A DNA stretch of 64,000 nt from a virus (lineage: Duplodnaviria; Caudoviricetes). Below are positions 28,394-38,353 of the stretch, piece by piece. The stretch is taken from IMG/VR virus record IMGVR_UViG_3300028563_000022, positions 277 to 64,276 of that record; one strand, 5' to 3'. A program made the position numbers and the translations under genes. Positions within the stretch are counted from its first letter, which is position 1. Each line of letters starts with the position of its first letter. Below the pieces are notes generated by a model, which worked only from the letters and a program-made list of their open reading frames with translations, ran no database searches and was not told where the DNA came from.

Positions 28394-29893
28394 GTGACCA
28401 CTGAGGTCATAAAAATTGTCGATACGGCGGGGGGGGGTGACTATACCACCCTCCTCGCCGCGCTTACGGCCAACGCCCAAGATCTGACCGCGACGGACAA
28501 GATACTGCATATAAAATGCCGTCGCGGTTCGGGTGGCGGTCAAGACACCTCTATAAATGGCAGTAGTAATCAGTTTGCGGGCTACACAACTGATGCAACT
28601 CGTTATGTATTCATAGAAGGAGACCCCCTTACAGGAAATAACGCAACACCACTTTGGTCAAATACGAAATATACATTATATCAAGGTGGTAACTGGAATC
28701 AGTTTGGCATTCCAGGTGGATTCAATTTTATTATACAAGGGCTTCAAGTATATTGCGATGGCTTTATTGCAGGATTTATAGGAGGGCCTGGATACTCTAG
28801 TGTTGGGTCTACTGCAATAGTTAATAACTGCTTCATATATAAACCAAATCCATCTTCCACCTATGGGGGTCCTTCAGCTTTTGGTTGGAGTGATGTTCGT
28901 TCAATATTAACAATAACCAATACCATTGTGGTTGGTTTTTACCAGGGAGATACCTCAAGTGGTAACGCTGGAAAGGCATTTGATGGGGGAAATTGTATTT
29001 TCAGAAATTGTTTAGCCTATAACTGCGATATGGGTTTTAATTGTGGGGGCTCTGGAGTTGCAACTAACTGCATAGCGGTTAATTCGAGTGTAATTATCTC
29101 AGGGACGATGGCAGGATTCTATTACGCCACAACCGGACAGGTTAATAACTGCGTTTCCAGTGACACTACAGCTACCTCATTCGGAGGAGCCGGAAACAAG
29201 GCTAACCAAGTCCCAATTTTCGTCAATGTTGCCGGATTGGACTTCCATTTGTCCCCCTCGGACACCGTAGCCCAAGGCGCGGGCACCAATTTGTCCGCCT
29301 ACTTTACCACTGACATGGACGGCGACACGATCACCAGCTGGTCAATGGGTGCAGATGCGCAGGTAGGTGGAGGAACGACCTACGCCGACGGCCACGGCAC
29401 CGCAGCCGGAACGTCCTCAGCCTCTTCCGGCGATGCTCCCTTGCTCGACGGTGCGGGCACGGCCTCGGGCCTTGGAAGCGCTACGGCAACAGGTGATGAG
29501 ATCCTTGACGGAAGTGGATCAGCAGCAGGCACGAGCGCTGCTTCCTCTGGAGACTCACCCATCCTGGACGGCGCTGGAACCGCTGCGGGTGCGTCCTTGG
29601 CCCAGGCCGGTGATGATGAGATACTTGACGGATCAGGATCCGCCTCAGGGACGTCCACAGTCACCGTCGGCATAGATGGCTTCGCGGACGGCTCGGGATC
29701 GGCCACAGGCGCATCCACAGCTACCGGCAAGCTCGACGATGCCGGAGCAGCCAGCCCCAACCCCCAGAGCCCCAGGTGGAGGCGTGTTGCGCCCGTGCAG
29801 AAAAGCCGGATCGTTACCCTCAAAACGATGCCAAAGCGCGTTGTGACCCCAATACAGCATAGCAGGCTTGTAACCGTGGCCGCGCCCGCGTGA
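28394..29893 (+). CDS. Tailspike-like beta-helix protein with C-terminal 20-aa G/S/A/T repeats
   Basis: GGDYTTL, VNNC/FRNC/TNCI rungs, DFHL; six DGxGxAxG repeats at 29387-29746. Confidence 0.6.
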   Translation: MTTEVIKIVDTAGGGDYTTLLAALTANAQDLTATDKILHIKCRRGSGGGQDTSINGSSNQFAGYTTDATRYVFIEGDPLTGNNATPLWSNTKYTLYQGGNWNQFGIPGGFNFIIQGLQVYCDGFIAGFIGGPGYSSVGSTAIVNNCFIYKPNPSSTYGGPSAFGWSDVRSILTITNTIVVGFYQGDTSSGNAGKAFDGGNCIFRNCLAYNCDMGFNCGGSGVATNCIAVNSSVIISGTMAGFYYATTGQVNNCVSSDTTATSFGGAGNKANQVPIFVNVAGLDFHLSPSDTVAQGAGTNLSAYFTTDMDGDTITSWSMGADAQVGGGTTYADGHGTAAGTSSASSGDAPLLDGAGTASGLGSATATGDEILDGSGSAAGTSAASSGDSPILDGAGTAAGASLAQAGDDEILDGSGSASGTSTVTVGIDGFADGSGSATGASTATGKLDDAGAASPNPQSPRWRRVAPVQKSRIVTLKTMPKRVVTPIQHSRLVTVAAPA

Positions 29894-29920
29894 TTGCCAC
29901 ACCCGCCAGATAAGGGACTT

Positions 29921-31180
29921 ATGCGCGCACCTGTTATCTCACCGGAAAAGGCCACCGCGCTCCTTGAAGAGTGTGGGGGAAACGTAGCGATGGCGGCGCG
30001 GAAGTCGGGGCTTTCCCGGCGCACGCTTCGGCGCCGCGCTGGCCCAAGGAAACTTGGACCTGAAGGCAGGTTCCAGGCCGAGTTCAGCACAGACTCCTGC
30101 GCCATTGAGTCCAAGTCCACCCGGATCATGACTCTGGAGCAAGCCTTGGCCAACGCCCAGGTAGACTTGACTACCTGGCAGGTTGACCGCCATGTGATAA
30201 ATAAATGGGAAGTCGGGATGAAGGACCCCGACGGCCGGGGTGTCCTCGTCGAACCCCTGTTCCAGGTCAAGGTCTGGCTCAAGCGTAAAACCCAGACCCC
30301 TCTGGAAGTGGCACTCCGGGAAATAACGAGCAAACTGCGCAGAAATCCGCTGAGGCATCCGCCCATTATCCATGGGGATTTGACCGACCCCCATTGCCTG
30401 GAAATCAGTCTGTACGACCACCACTTCGGCAAGCTGGCCTGGGATAAGGAAACCGGCAACGACTATGACGTGGACATCGCCGAGCGCATCTACATGGAGG
30501 CCGTGGTTGATTTATTGGCCAAGGCCAGCGGATTTCCCGTCAGCGAAATCCTGTTCCCGGTTGGCCAGGACTTCCTCCATGTGAACAACGCTGAGTTCAC
30601 GACTGCCAAGGGCACGAGCCAGGACGTGGATAGCCGTTTGCCCCGGATCATGAAGACCGCCGCCAAGGCGGTCATTTGGGCTTTGGACCGCTGCCGCGAA
30701 GTTGCCCCGGTTCGAGTCATCTGGGTGCCGGGAAACCATGACCCCCTGACCAGTTTCTTCTTCTGCTGGTACCTGGAGGCTTATTTCAAAGGTTGCCCCG
30801 AAGTCACCATCGACGTGTCGGAGACCGCCAGGAAGTATCACCGCTATGGGGTGAACCTGCTCGGATTCACGCATGGGAATGAGGAAGCGCACAGGGATTT
30901 GCCAACCATCATGGCCGCCGAGCGCAAGCAGGACTGGGCCGAGTGCTTCCAGTATGAGTGGCACGTGGGCCATCTGCACAAGCGCAAGGAAACTCGGTAC
31001 TCTGCCGGCGACACTTTCGGCGGGGTAGGGGTCCGGGTTCTGCCCTCGTTGTCAGGGACGGACGCCTGGCACTACAAGAAGGGCTATGTTGGTGGCAACA
31101 GGGCGGCCGAGGCCTACCTCTGGAGCTTGACGAGAGGGTACTCAGGACATTTTTCTAGTTCCATCAACGATAATATGTAG
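29921..31180 (+). CDS. HTH + calcineurin-like metallophosphoesterase
   Basis: D.HFGK, GQDFLH, PGNHD, THG, GHLH motifs; N-terminal GGNVAMAARKSGLSRRTL HTH. Confidence 0.85.
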   Translation: MRAPVISPEKATALLEECGGNVAMAARKSGLSRRTLRRRAGPRKLGPEGRFQAEFSTDSCAIESKSTRIMTLEQALANAQVDLTTWQVDRHVINKWEVGMKDPDGRGVLVEPLFQVKVWLKRKTQTPLEVALREITSKLRRNPLRHPPIIHGDLTDPHCLEISLYDHHFGKLAWDKETGNDYDVDIAERIYMEAVVDLLAKASGFPVSEILFPVGQDFLHVNNAEFTTAKGTSQDVDSRLPRIMKTAAKAVIWALDRCREVAPVRVIWVPGNHDPLTSFFFCWYLEAYFKGCPEVTIDVSETARKYHRYGVNLLGFTHGNEEAHRDLPTIMAAERKQDWAECFQYEWHVGHLHKRKETRYSAGDTFGGVGVRVLPSLSGTDAWHYKKGYVGGNRAAEAYLWSLTRGYSGHFSSSINDNM

Positions 31181-31358
31181 TCAATTTTGTAGTCAATCAG
31201 AAAGTAGTCAAATTAAAAACTAGTTATATCTGCTAGTTACATGGCCTATCAACATCGCGGGTCATGATATCCTTTGCGTGTATCATCAGGTACTTAGGCC
31301 TCTTTGTTTGTAGTCAATTCTGACGGGCTCAGTGGCTTGGCGGGGATTTTGTAGTCAA
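31177..31358. other. attP region with integrase arm-type sites
   Basis: Five direct GTAGTCAA repeats (31177, 31189, 31204, 31310, 31351) around an AT-rich gap at the integrase 3' end. Confidence 0.7.
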
Positions 31359-32367
31359 TTGTAGGAAGCATGTTGACCGCCTCCAGCTTCGCCCGGGGAA
31401 TGACGTGTTGGTAGGTGTTCAGGGTTTGAGTTGGCTTCTTGTGACCCATCATGTCGGACACTGACCGCAAGTCCGCTCCGTTGCCCAGGGTGTATGTGGC
31501 GAAGTAATGCCGCAAGTCATAGGGCCGCAGGCGCCGGGTGATACCCGCGCGCTTCAGGGTGTTGTGCCAGCCAATCCAGCCTGACTTGGTTATCGGGCGC
31601 CCGAAGTAATGGACGATGTGCCCTTGGCCACCATCCTCATCCCGCCACACGGCCAGAAACCCACGTAACTGATCGGTCAGGGGGATGAATCGCGCGGGTA
31701 TGCCCCGCTTCTTCGCACTGGTGATGCGTAGAATCCCTTCATTGAAGTCCACATCATCCCAGGTCAGGCTGAACAGTTCCTTGCGCCCGGGGCGCACGCC
31801 GGTAAGCGCGGACAGCACCGCCAGGCGGAAGGTACTGGGCTTGGCATGTCGGAGGATAGCATGGAACTCCTCCTGGGTCGGCGGGTAGATGACATCGCGG
31901 TCATCCGGCAGCAGCGTGACACGCACGGGCTTATCCAGGAGGTCAGCGTTGTAAGCATAGTTCAGGATCGACTTCACCAGGGCCAGGTGCTTGTTGATGG
32001 AGACATTCTTGATCTTCGTTTCTCGACAGGCATCCACCACGGCCTGGATGTGCTCTGTGGTGATCTTCTTCAGGAGGACTGTCCCGAGGATTGGCAGAAT
32101 GTATTTGTTCAGGGTGTAGCCATCACCGGACAGGGTGGTGCTGACAAAATCCTTAGAGGAGTAGTATGCCGGGAGGATACTGGCGAAGGTCTTATGGGAA
32201 ACGGTAGGGGGCAGATTGGCCGCGGGCCGATGCTTCTTATTGTACTTGATCTGGGCGAGCTTCAGCTCAACTTCTTCCTCAGAGTCACCCTTTACCGGCT
32301 GCACACGGCCGGTGTGGTCCCGGTACGTTCCGTACCAGCCCTTGCACCCTTTCTTTTGGTAGGCCAT
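31294..32367 (-). CDS. int: Tyrosine integrase
   Basis: TGVR..ELFSLTWDDVDF, YDLRHYFAT, MMGH, LNTYQH catalytic residues. Confidence 0.95.
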   Translation of the reverse strand: MAYQKKGCKGWYGTYRDHTGRVQPVKGDSEEEVELKLAQIKYNKKHRPAANLPPTVSHKTFASILPAYYSSKDFVSTTLSGDGYTLNKYILPILGTVLLKKITTEHIQAVVDACRETKIKNVSINKHLALVKSILNYAYNADLLDKPVRVTLLPDDRDVIYPPTQEEFHAILRHAKPSTFRLAVLSALTGVRPGRKELFSLTWDDVDFNEGILRITSAKKRGIPARFIPLTDQLRGFLAVWRDEDGGQGHIVHYFGRPITKSGWIGWHNTLKRAGITRRLRPYDLRHYFATYTLGNGADLRSVSDMMGHKKPTQTLNTYQHVIPRAKLEAVNMLPTIDYKIPAKPLSPSELTTNKEA

Positions 32368-32612
32368 TTGTCACTTGTTAGAGCCATTTTCCCGCTGCTG
32401 TCAATGAAAACCCGACAAGGCTTGGCGGTCTTCGCGGGCCGGTGGCCCTCCGGGTCGGCCATGAACTCGTCCAGGGTGGACGCGGCATAGCGGTTGTTTG
32501 GCCCGCAAGTGGCGATGACGTAGGTGCCAATCCACTTTTTGAATTGCTCCACAGTGGCCCCGCAGTAGCGCGAGGCACCGTAAGCATCGAAGAAGGGGCC
32601 ATGGATACTCAC
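32292..32612 (-). CDS. Excisionase-like winged-helix protein
   Basis: A.RYCG......KKW...RY..STLDEFM pattern directly upstream of and overlapping int. Confidence 0.55.
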   Translation of the reverse strand: MSIHGPFFDAYGASRYCGATVEQFKKWIGTYVIATCGPNNRYAASTLDEFMADPEGHRPAKTAKPCRVFIDSSGKMALTSDKWPTKRKGARAGTERTGTTPAVCSR

Positions 32613-32678
32613 GATTGCACCGCCATCATGCGGCTATTATGATGGCCCACGCGAGTAGGGGAGCCTTGGTGTTGGCGG

Positions 32679-32915
32679 TCATGGCTTGCCCTCCCGTGCG
32701 GCCTTGAGGTCTTCCAAAGCGACCCCTAGAGCCGACACATTGTCCACCGGAAATTCGACGCTTGTTGCTATCCCATCCGGTTCCCCCCAGGCATCACCGG
32801 GTCCGTTTATAAGTGTGTCCGCCGCTGCGATCACGGCATCCTTCGCGTCCTCAATGCGCTTGAGCTTGGCTTGGTGCAGGTCAGACAGATATCCAAGTAC
32901 AGCAGCGTCCATCAC
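32679..32915 (-). CDS. Hypothetical protein
   Basis: Part of a chain of overlapping ORFs with GTGA/ATGA coupling. Confidence 0.55.
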   Translation of the reverse strand: MMDAAVLGYLSDLHQAKLKRIEDAKDAVIAAADTLINGPGDAWGEPDGIATSVEFPVDNVSALGVALEDLKAAREGKP

Positions 32916-33292
32916 TCCATCTCCTCCCCCAGCGCGGCGCGGGCTACTGTAATAAGTGCGTCATAAGCATACTCAAAATCGCAGTCTTCTGGTCTTGAGA
33001 AAGTATTCTCTTCCACTTCATTTACCTTGTACTGCTTCGCAATATCTCCCATCGCCTCCCGGTACTTGTCCGCCCGTGTGGTTGCCTTATCTCTCCCCCT
33101 TAGACATTCATCCAACCTCTTTCGCTCCTCAAGGATAGTATTGTTCAGCCTCGCAATGCTATTCTGTTGGTCAAGGTAACGCTGCTCTGCGGCAGAAAGC
33201 TGGGCGCGAAGTGATTCACAAGATGGGCACCCGGTCATTGATGTTATCATTTCAGCAGTCCCTCCAAGGTAGATTTTCCCTGTTCCCATCAC
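32912..33292 (-). CDS. Hypothetical coiled-coil protein
   Basis: SLRAQL.AA...RADK...ARAAL motif shared with neighbours. Confidence 0.6.
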   Translation of the reverse strand: MMGTGKIYLGGTAEMITSMTGCPSCESLRAQLSAAEQRYLDQQNSIARLNNTILEERKRLDECLRGRDKATTRADKYREAMGDIAKQYKVNEVEENTFSRPEDCDFEYAYDALITVARAALGEEME

Positions 33293-33666
33293 ACCACCTT
33301 CCCGGCATCGGCCAGCGCGGCGCGGAGTGCCAAGAGCTTATCCGCCCCAACTCGGCAAATACCTCTGTCCACTTCTAGGTCTTCATCAGCATCGTCCATA
33401 ACGGCTATTGCTGCCTGCTTCAGCTTATCCGCCCTCGCGGTGGCCCGCTGTAGCTGAATGTCCATTTCCTTTAGGATGGAATCCCTATTGCGTCTTGTTC
33501 CGGACAGAGTCCGTTGGCACTCGACAAGTTGCTCCTGTGCGGCGGCAAGCTGGGCGCGGAGGGAGGCTACATAGTCTTCATGGTAGCACATCCCCGACTG
33601 GTCTCCAGGAGCGGAACAACAGTAGTCTCCGCCACCCTTCTGTGTGAATCTGATTGGTTCCATCAC
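33289..33666 (-). CDS. Hypothetical coiled-coil protein
   Basis: SLRAQLAAA...RADK...LRAAL motif shared with neighbours. Confidence 0.6.
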   Translation of the reverse strand: MMEPIRFTQKGGGDYCCSAPGDQSGMCYHEDYVASLRAQLAAAQEQLVECQRTLSGTRRNRDSILKEMDIQLQRATARADKLKQAAIAVMDDADEDLEVDRGICRVGADKLLALRAALADAGKVV

Positions 33667-34157
33667 TCCACCTCACCGGCCAGCGCGGCGCGGGCCTTTT
33701 CGTGCATGTTGCGTTTGGGCAAGCACTGCGACACATAGTTTTTAGAATTCGCGTAGAACTCTAGCGCACTCTTGTACTTGTCCACCCTCTGGGTGACCAC
33801 ATCGCGCTGACCTTTGACCGCAAGGATTACTCGGCTGAAGTCATCCCGCTCCCTCTCGCGCTCCTCAACTCCCAGGCGTAACGCGGTATTTTCTTCGCAG
33901 CAGTCCAGGTATTTTCGCGTGAGGTGGTATTGTATATCCACCAACTGCCTCTTGCACTCCTCCAGCTCCTTCACCACCTTTCCAAACGTCGGCATAACCG
34001 GCGCATCCTCCGGCCGTAGCACGGTGGGCCAGGGATTCGTGCCCGTAAGATGGTCAACCAGGGTTGTGAGTGCTTGGCGCTCCTCGGGCGTGGCTTGCAA
34101 CACAAGTTCGGGGTGCCCGAGGATGAAATTGACGTTATCTAGTATTGAGTTTTCCAT
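33663..34157 (-). CDS. Hypothetical coiled-coil protein
   Basis: ALEFYA...KARAAL C-terminus common in phage early genes. Confidence 0.6.
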   Translation of the reverse strand: MENSILDNVNFILGHPELVLQATPEERQALTTLVDHLTGTNPWPTVLRPEDAPVMPTFGKVVKELEECKRQLVDIQYHLTRKYLDCCEENTALRLGVEERERERDDFSRVILAVKGQRDVVTQRVDKYKSALEFYANSKNYVSQCLPKRNMHEKARAALAGEVE

Positions 34158-34160
34158 CGG

Positions 34161-34667
34161 TTACCACACCCCTGCTGCATGTTTCAGCGTTTCACCCTTC
34201 GCCATGCCTACGTCAATCTTCTCATCCGCGAGCCACTCCGGGTCATAAACTGTGTAGAGCGCCTGCAAGTCATCGGCGAGTTCGCGCCACACGATGCGGC
34301 GGTCCACCGGGCATGTTGGCAGACTGTCCCGGATGTCCTCCACCCAGACTTGTAGCGCCTTGCAGTAATCAATGGCGTTGGCCCCGGACCCGTACTGCTG
34401 GTCCAGGATGTTCTGGAGAGCGTTCAGTGATTTGCCGTACTGTTTGGAGGCCTTGGCATCGAGCAGCCAGCGGCCATCTTCACCAAAGCGTTGACAGGCA
34501 AACCCCGAGGCCTGGCCCACATTGCGCTTGAGGCACTTGAGCAGGACCGTCATTTCATCCGGGGCTTCCAGGCCAGCTTGCTTGAATGAAGCCAAGCAAG
34601 CGTCGATGACTCCCTGGATCAGGTCGCAGCAGAGAAGCTGCCGGCGCACGGATTTGGACATATTCAT
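34161..34667 (-). CDS. Hypothetical helical protein
   Basis: AGGAG RBS, operon packing. Confidence 0.6.
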   Translation of the reverse strand: MNMSKSVRRQLLCCDLIQGVIDACLASFKQAGLEAPDEMTVLLKCLKRNVGQASGFACQRFGEDGRWLLDAKASKQYGKSLNALQNILDQQYGSGANAIDYCKALQVWVEDIRDSLPTCPVDRRIVWRELADDLQALYTVYDPEWLADEKIDVGMAKGETLKHAAGVW

Positions 34668-34936
34668 TGGAAACTCCTGGTGAAGAAGTCTTCTTTGGCG
34701 GGGATGTAGCGGCCGCCGCCAGCTGGATACCTCTCCAAAGACCCATAAAGTTCTTCAATGTTAAAGTCCGGAGTTATGGGCACCGTTCGCGGGATGGGTT
34801 TGTATCCTTTCCGGCTCGGAGTTTGGCCCTGGGTTCGAGAATAACGGGCAGATATCTTGTGCTGCCTAGCCCATCCCTTGGCCGCTCTGGTGCAAAGTCG
34901 CACTCCCTCCATGACTTCTACCCAGGGGTCTTTCAT
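34664..34936 (-). CDS. Hypothetical protein
   Basis: ATGA overlaps at both ends. Confidence 0.45.
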   Translation of the reverse strand: MKDPWVEVMEGVRLCTRAAKGWARQHKISARYSRTQGQTPSRKGYKPIPRTVPITPDFNIEELYGSLERYPAGGGRYIPAKEDFFTRSFQ

Positions 34937-35121
34937 TTTCCTGTCCCCATCTTCTGAAAAGGGTTCACGGGCGTCCGGTCGGCCATCTGGTTGAGACTTG
35001 CTATCCCGTCTCGGTAGCTAACCAGTTCATATTGCTGCTGGGCCAACCAACCCAAACCAAGGATCACCGCGAGCATAAAGAGCAGTGGGGCAAAGAACTG
35101 AAACTTCTCTGATGTGTTCAT
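34933..35121 (-). CDS. Small membrane protein
   Basis: Single TM helix; GGAGA RBS. Confidence 0.5.
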   Translation of the reverse strand: MNTSEKFQFFAPLLFMLAVILGLGWLAQQQYELVSYRDGIASLNQMADRTPVNPFQKMGTGK

Positions 35122-35132
35122 GGCCGTTCTCC

Positions 35133-35474
35133 CTACAATCCCGCCGTAGCCCAGCGGGATTCAGTTTCATCTTCGAGCTCCGCGATCCTTGCTCGGAGCA
35201 GGGCAATCTCTTCCCACGAAATTTTGAGTTCTTCCTGGATGGCACGATGGGACAGCAGGGCTATGCGCCGCTGTTCCGCCGCCGCGCAGCCGCAGGAAAT
35301 CACCAGACCGCGGCGAAGGTGTGGACTCGGAACCAGCTTCTCGCCACCACACCGGCACTTGCATCGCCAGACCACGCTGCCCGAGTAGGCACGCTTCTCT
35401 GTGGCCTCGATGACAGTCAAGCGGCCGTACTTGCGGCCGGTCAGGTCCACGGAGTTCTTGGCAAGCTTTTTCAT
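35133..35474 (-). CDS. Protein with N-terminal domain of HNH/AP2 homing endonucleases (no nuclease domain)
   Basis: DLTGRKYGRLTVI...WRCKCRCG...L.RG...SCGC followed by a coiled coil. Confidence 0.7.
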   Translation of the reverse strand: MKKLAKNSVDLTGRKYGRLTVIEATEKRAYSGSVVWRCKCRCGGEKLVPSPHLRRGLVISCGCAAAEQRRIALLSHRAIQEELKISWEEIALLRARIAELEDETESRWATAGL

Positions 35475-35665
35475 GGCTAGACCTTATTGGTCTTCTTGGG
35501 TTCTATCCCGGCCATGGCCCGGGCCTCAGCGATTAGCTTGGTCACATCGAACACTTTCAGCTTCCGTTCGGGTAGGGGCTCTTTCTTGTCGGTCATGACT
35601 CACTCCCATGCTGCCGCCCTACGAAGCCGGGCGGCGGGGCTTTTATTGTTAAACAAGACAAACGC

Positions 35666-36628
35666 TTAGAAGTCGGAGGACGTGGTGATGACCCCAGCGT
35701 GTGTCTTATATGCGGTGTGCAGGATGTCCACGACCTGGCTGACCAAGAAGACCTTCTCCAGGAAAGCCCCATCAGGATCGTCGGAGTCAGGCTTGACGAT
35801 GGGGGTCTTGAGGCCCGTGATCCCGAGGTCACCCGCGCGGGTGGTCAGGGTGAACTCCGCGCCCGACTCGGCTTCCATGACGATGGTGGCCTTGACCACC
35901 TTGCCATCGGTCAGCGGGGCCGAGAGTGTGGTGAGCTCGATGCTCTCGGGGGCCTCCAGGGTCATGGCCGCCTTGTCAGTGTCCGAGACCACCACGGCCT
36001 TGTTGGGCACGAAGAGGCGCCCACAGGTGAGTTCCATGGTCTTGGTGAACACATCGGTCAGAAAGCCCGAGGCATCGTCCAGGAGGTCGCGCCCATTAGC
36101 CAGGACATCAGGGGTCTGCTCGATGAGCTGGTCGTCAAACATGGCACCCCAGATAGCCTGGAAGAGGTTCTTGACACTTTTGGAAGCGGAGCAGAGCAGT
36201 ACCGTGTTCTCAGTGGGGTCAACCACCACGTCGAACACCGCCGGCGCGGGTTCCATCTTGGCCAGGAGCCGCAGGGTCACTTGATCCTTGATTTCCTGCT
36301 TGCGGTCCTTGGAGATGAACTTCTTGCTGGACCGGGACTGCGAGTCAGCCAGTTCGGCTTCCAGAGCCAGCTTGTACTTCTTCTTGAGCACCGCGCCGGG
36401 GATGCGCCGGGTGTCGATGCGCAGAGAGAAGGCCATGAAGCGGCCCTTCTCCGGCGGCGATTTCTTCCAGGAGTTGTCCATGTAGTCGTCGATGTTGACG
36501 AAGCCGAACGAGAGGGCATCGCTGGTGGTGTCGATGGGGTTGAACGCGGCCTTGAGCAGGGCCTCGGCGTCTGGGGTGTAAGTGGCCTTGTAGACCGTCA
36601 AGGCCGTGGACTTGGACATGAGTGACAT
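35666..36628 (-). CDS. RdgC-like recombination-associated protein
   Basis: F.PID......GFV..DD..D..W....PEKG..MAFSLRIDTRRIP.AVLKK motif. Confidence 0.7.
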   Translation of the reverse strand: MSLMSKSTALTVYKATYTPDAEALLKAAFNPIDTTSDALSFGFVNIDDYMDNSWKKSPPEKGRFMAFSLRIDTRRIPGAVLKKKYKLALEAELADSQSRSSKKFISKDRKQEIKDQVTLRLLAKMEPAPAVFDVVVDPTENTVLLCSASKSVKNLFQAIWGAMFDDQLIEQTPDVLANGRDLLDDASGFLTDVFTKTMELTCGRLFVPNKAVVVSDTDKAAMTLEAPESIELTTLSAPLTDGKVVKATIVMEAESGAEFTLTTRAGDLGITGLKTPIVKPDSDDPDGAFLEKVFLVSQVVDILHTAYKTHAGVITTSSDF

Positions 36629-36687
36629 TGGTTTTCTCCGGTTCGTGTTTCGTTTCGTTGAAGCCTTTGTATTGTTAAACAAGATTT

Positions 36688-37035
36688 CTAGTCAACAGGT
36701 TTTTTCGCTTTGGTTAAAGATTTTCTCTCGTAGGTGTCCTGGCTCACCCCGATGATTTCGGACTTCTGCCGGGCCACTTCCCGGGCTTCGGCCATATCCG
36801 CCACGCAGAGGTCGATGCTTTGCTTCCGGCCCTTGGCCATGAAGTCGTTTACGAACCGAGGGCCGTAGCCACGAATGATGATCCATTTCCCTTGAAGATG
36901 CGCCATGTCCTGGCTGACAGAGCAAGTCAGCCCCGGCAGGATCGGGTTGCCATCAACGCCGATTGTTCCCGTGTGGTGGCCGGGGATGTATGCGGTTATC
37001 TGGACGGCTAGGGCCAGGGCGGTGAAGGCACTCAT
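36688..37035 (-). CDS. 3D-domain-like secreted protein
   Basis: Signal-like N-terminus; ITAY...G.W..I.GYG.R.VND......IDL pattern. Confidence 0.55.
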   Translation of the reverse strand: MSAFTALALAVQITAYIPGHHTGTIGVDGNPILPGLTCSVSQDMAHLQGKWIIIRGYGPRFVNDFMAKGRKQSIDLCVADMAEAREVARQKSEIIGVSQDTYERKSLTKAKKPVD

Positions 37036-37577
37036 CCTGTAGCGTCCTTGTAACTCATGATCCGCCCGGCACATTCCCTTATCTTCCCGTATCCCAGCGA
37101 AACCACCATATCCCAGAGAGTGTACTCATCGAGGTCTGTTTCGCTGGCGTGGTTGGCACTCGGGCCGGGCGTCCAATTCTCGTGGGGGTTGATGCGGATG
37201 CAGATGGCGTGGAGGTCTCGCATGACTTCAAGTTCTGACATGAACCGCATGTCATCCACGACAAGAAAGCATCCGGGCATGAGCTGGCAGCGTTCGGCCA
37301 TCTTGCGGCTCCAGTAGTCTTTATCAGAGGCCCGGCGGATTTCCGTACCCCACCATTGGAGGATTTCCCGGCCAGTCATCCGCCGGTTGCCGATTTGGAA
37401 CTCCTCAGACTTGAACTCCTGGGTGTAAACGTCCCGGAGATACACGTTCAGCAACGCCGCCACTTCCTCTCTCAGAGCATCCGCGAAGGAGATTCTGTGC
37501 CCTGGACGAATCTGGAGCAGTTCATCCGCCAGGGTGGTCTTTCCACAGCCCATTTTCCCGCTGAGCGCAATAATCAT
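37032..37577 (-). CDS. Deoxynucleoside monophosphate kinase
   Basis: GKMGCGKTT P-loop, FADALR, REILQWWGTE.RR, DD.RF..E, H.SE motifs. Confidence 0.9.
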   Translation of the reverse strand: MIIALSGKMGCGKTTLADELLQIRPGHRISFADALREEVAALLNVYLRDVYTQEFKSEEFQIGNRRMTGREILQWWGTEIRRASDKDYWSRKMAERCQLMPGCFLVVDDMRFMSELEVMRDLHAICIRINPHENWTPGPSANHASETDLDEYTLWDMVVSLGYGKIRECAGRIMSYKDATG

Positions 37578-38353
37578 TTGGAATCCTCCTTCACCTGAAT
37601 ATCTTCAAACAGAACCGCCTCATCGCCGCGCTTCAGTTCCTTGAGCAACGGGGTCATGATCCGGCGCATTTCAGGATGGGCGGCCGGGGCCGTGCGCAGC
37701 TTGAAGATGTGGCGCCACTCCCGGGCGTTGGCCGTGACGACAATCTCCGTCTTGGTGGAGTTGGGCAGCACCTCGCGGGCCTGCTCGGGGCGCCAGCCGG
37801 CGTCAAGGAGGCCCAGGTACTTCATCTCATCGTAATTCATAGCGTTCAGCCATGCGTAGTCACCACCGTCTGACACGGCGGCTTCGTGGTCCTCGTTCCA
37901 CTCGTCTCTGCGCAAAGGCCACTCACCCAGCAGGGCCTCGCCGCACCACACCGGCCGGATTACCACCAGCCCCTTCTTCTCGTAGTTCACATATCGGGTG
38001 CTTTCCTGGCTGAAGGCGCAGAGCCGGTGGCGCACGATCTCGTGGGTGACGCCGCGGTTCGTGATGAAGCGCACGGACATCATGGAGTGTTCCAGGACGG
38101 ACTCATGGCCACGCTTGAGGAGCATACAGATGAACTGGCTGGGTGGGTGTAAAGAGCACCCAGAGCAACTGTCATTGTCAGGGTTGGCACCATTTGCAGC
38201 ACAGGAACCCTCAGCCACTACCCCCATAGAGTCTTTCGGCGCGGAACAAGTCCCCTTAGCCTCAGACTTGTAGCAGGTACGTCCAGCCAGTTCGATCAGG
38301 GCCGGGTCGATGTGCATGGCCAGGATTTCATGTGATGGGTCAATGATGAGCAT
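37574..38353 (-). CDS. thyX: FAD-dependent thymidylate synthase
   Basis: GHESVLEH, THEIVRHR...SQESTRY, AR.VLPN, N.REWRH...LR....AHPEM; AGGAGG RBS. Confidence 0.95.
   Translation of the reverse strand: MLIIDPSHEILAMHIDPALIELAGRTCYKSEAKGTCSAPKDSMGVVAEGSCAANGANPDNDSCSGCSLHPPSQFICMLLKRGHESVLEHSMMSVRFITNRGVTHEIVRHRLCAFSQESTRYVNYEKKGLVVIRPVWCGEALLGEWPLRRDEWNEDHEAAVSDGGDYAWLNAMNYDEMKYLGLLDAGWRPEQAREVLPNSTKTEIVVTANAREWRHIFKLRTAPAAHPEMRRIMTPLLKELKRGDEAVLFEDIQVKEDSK

Noticed and set aside
21019-29893. Diversity-generating retroelement acting on tail genes
   Set aside because: No reverse transcriptase and no template/variable repeat pair seen
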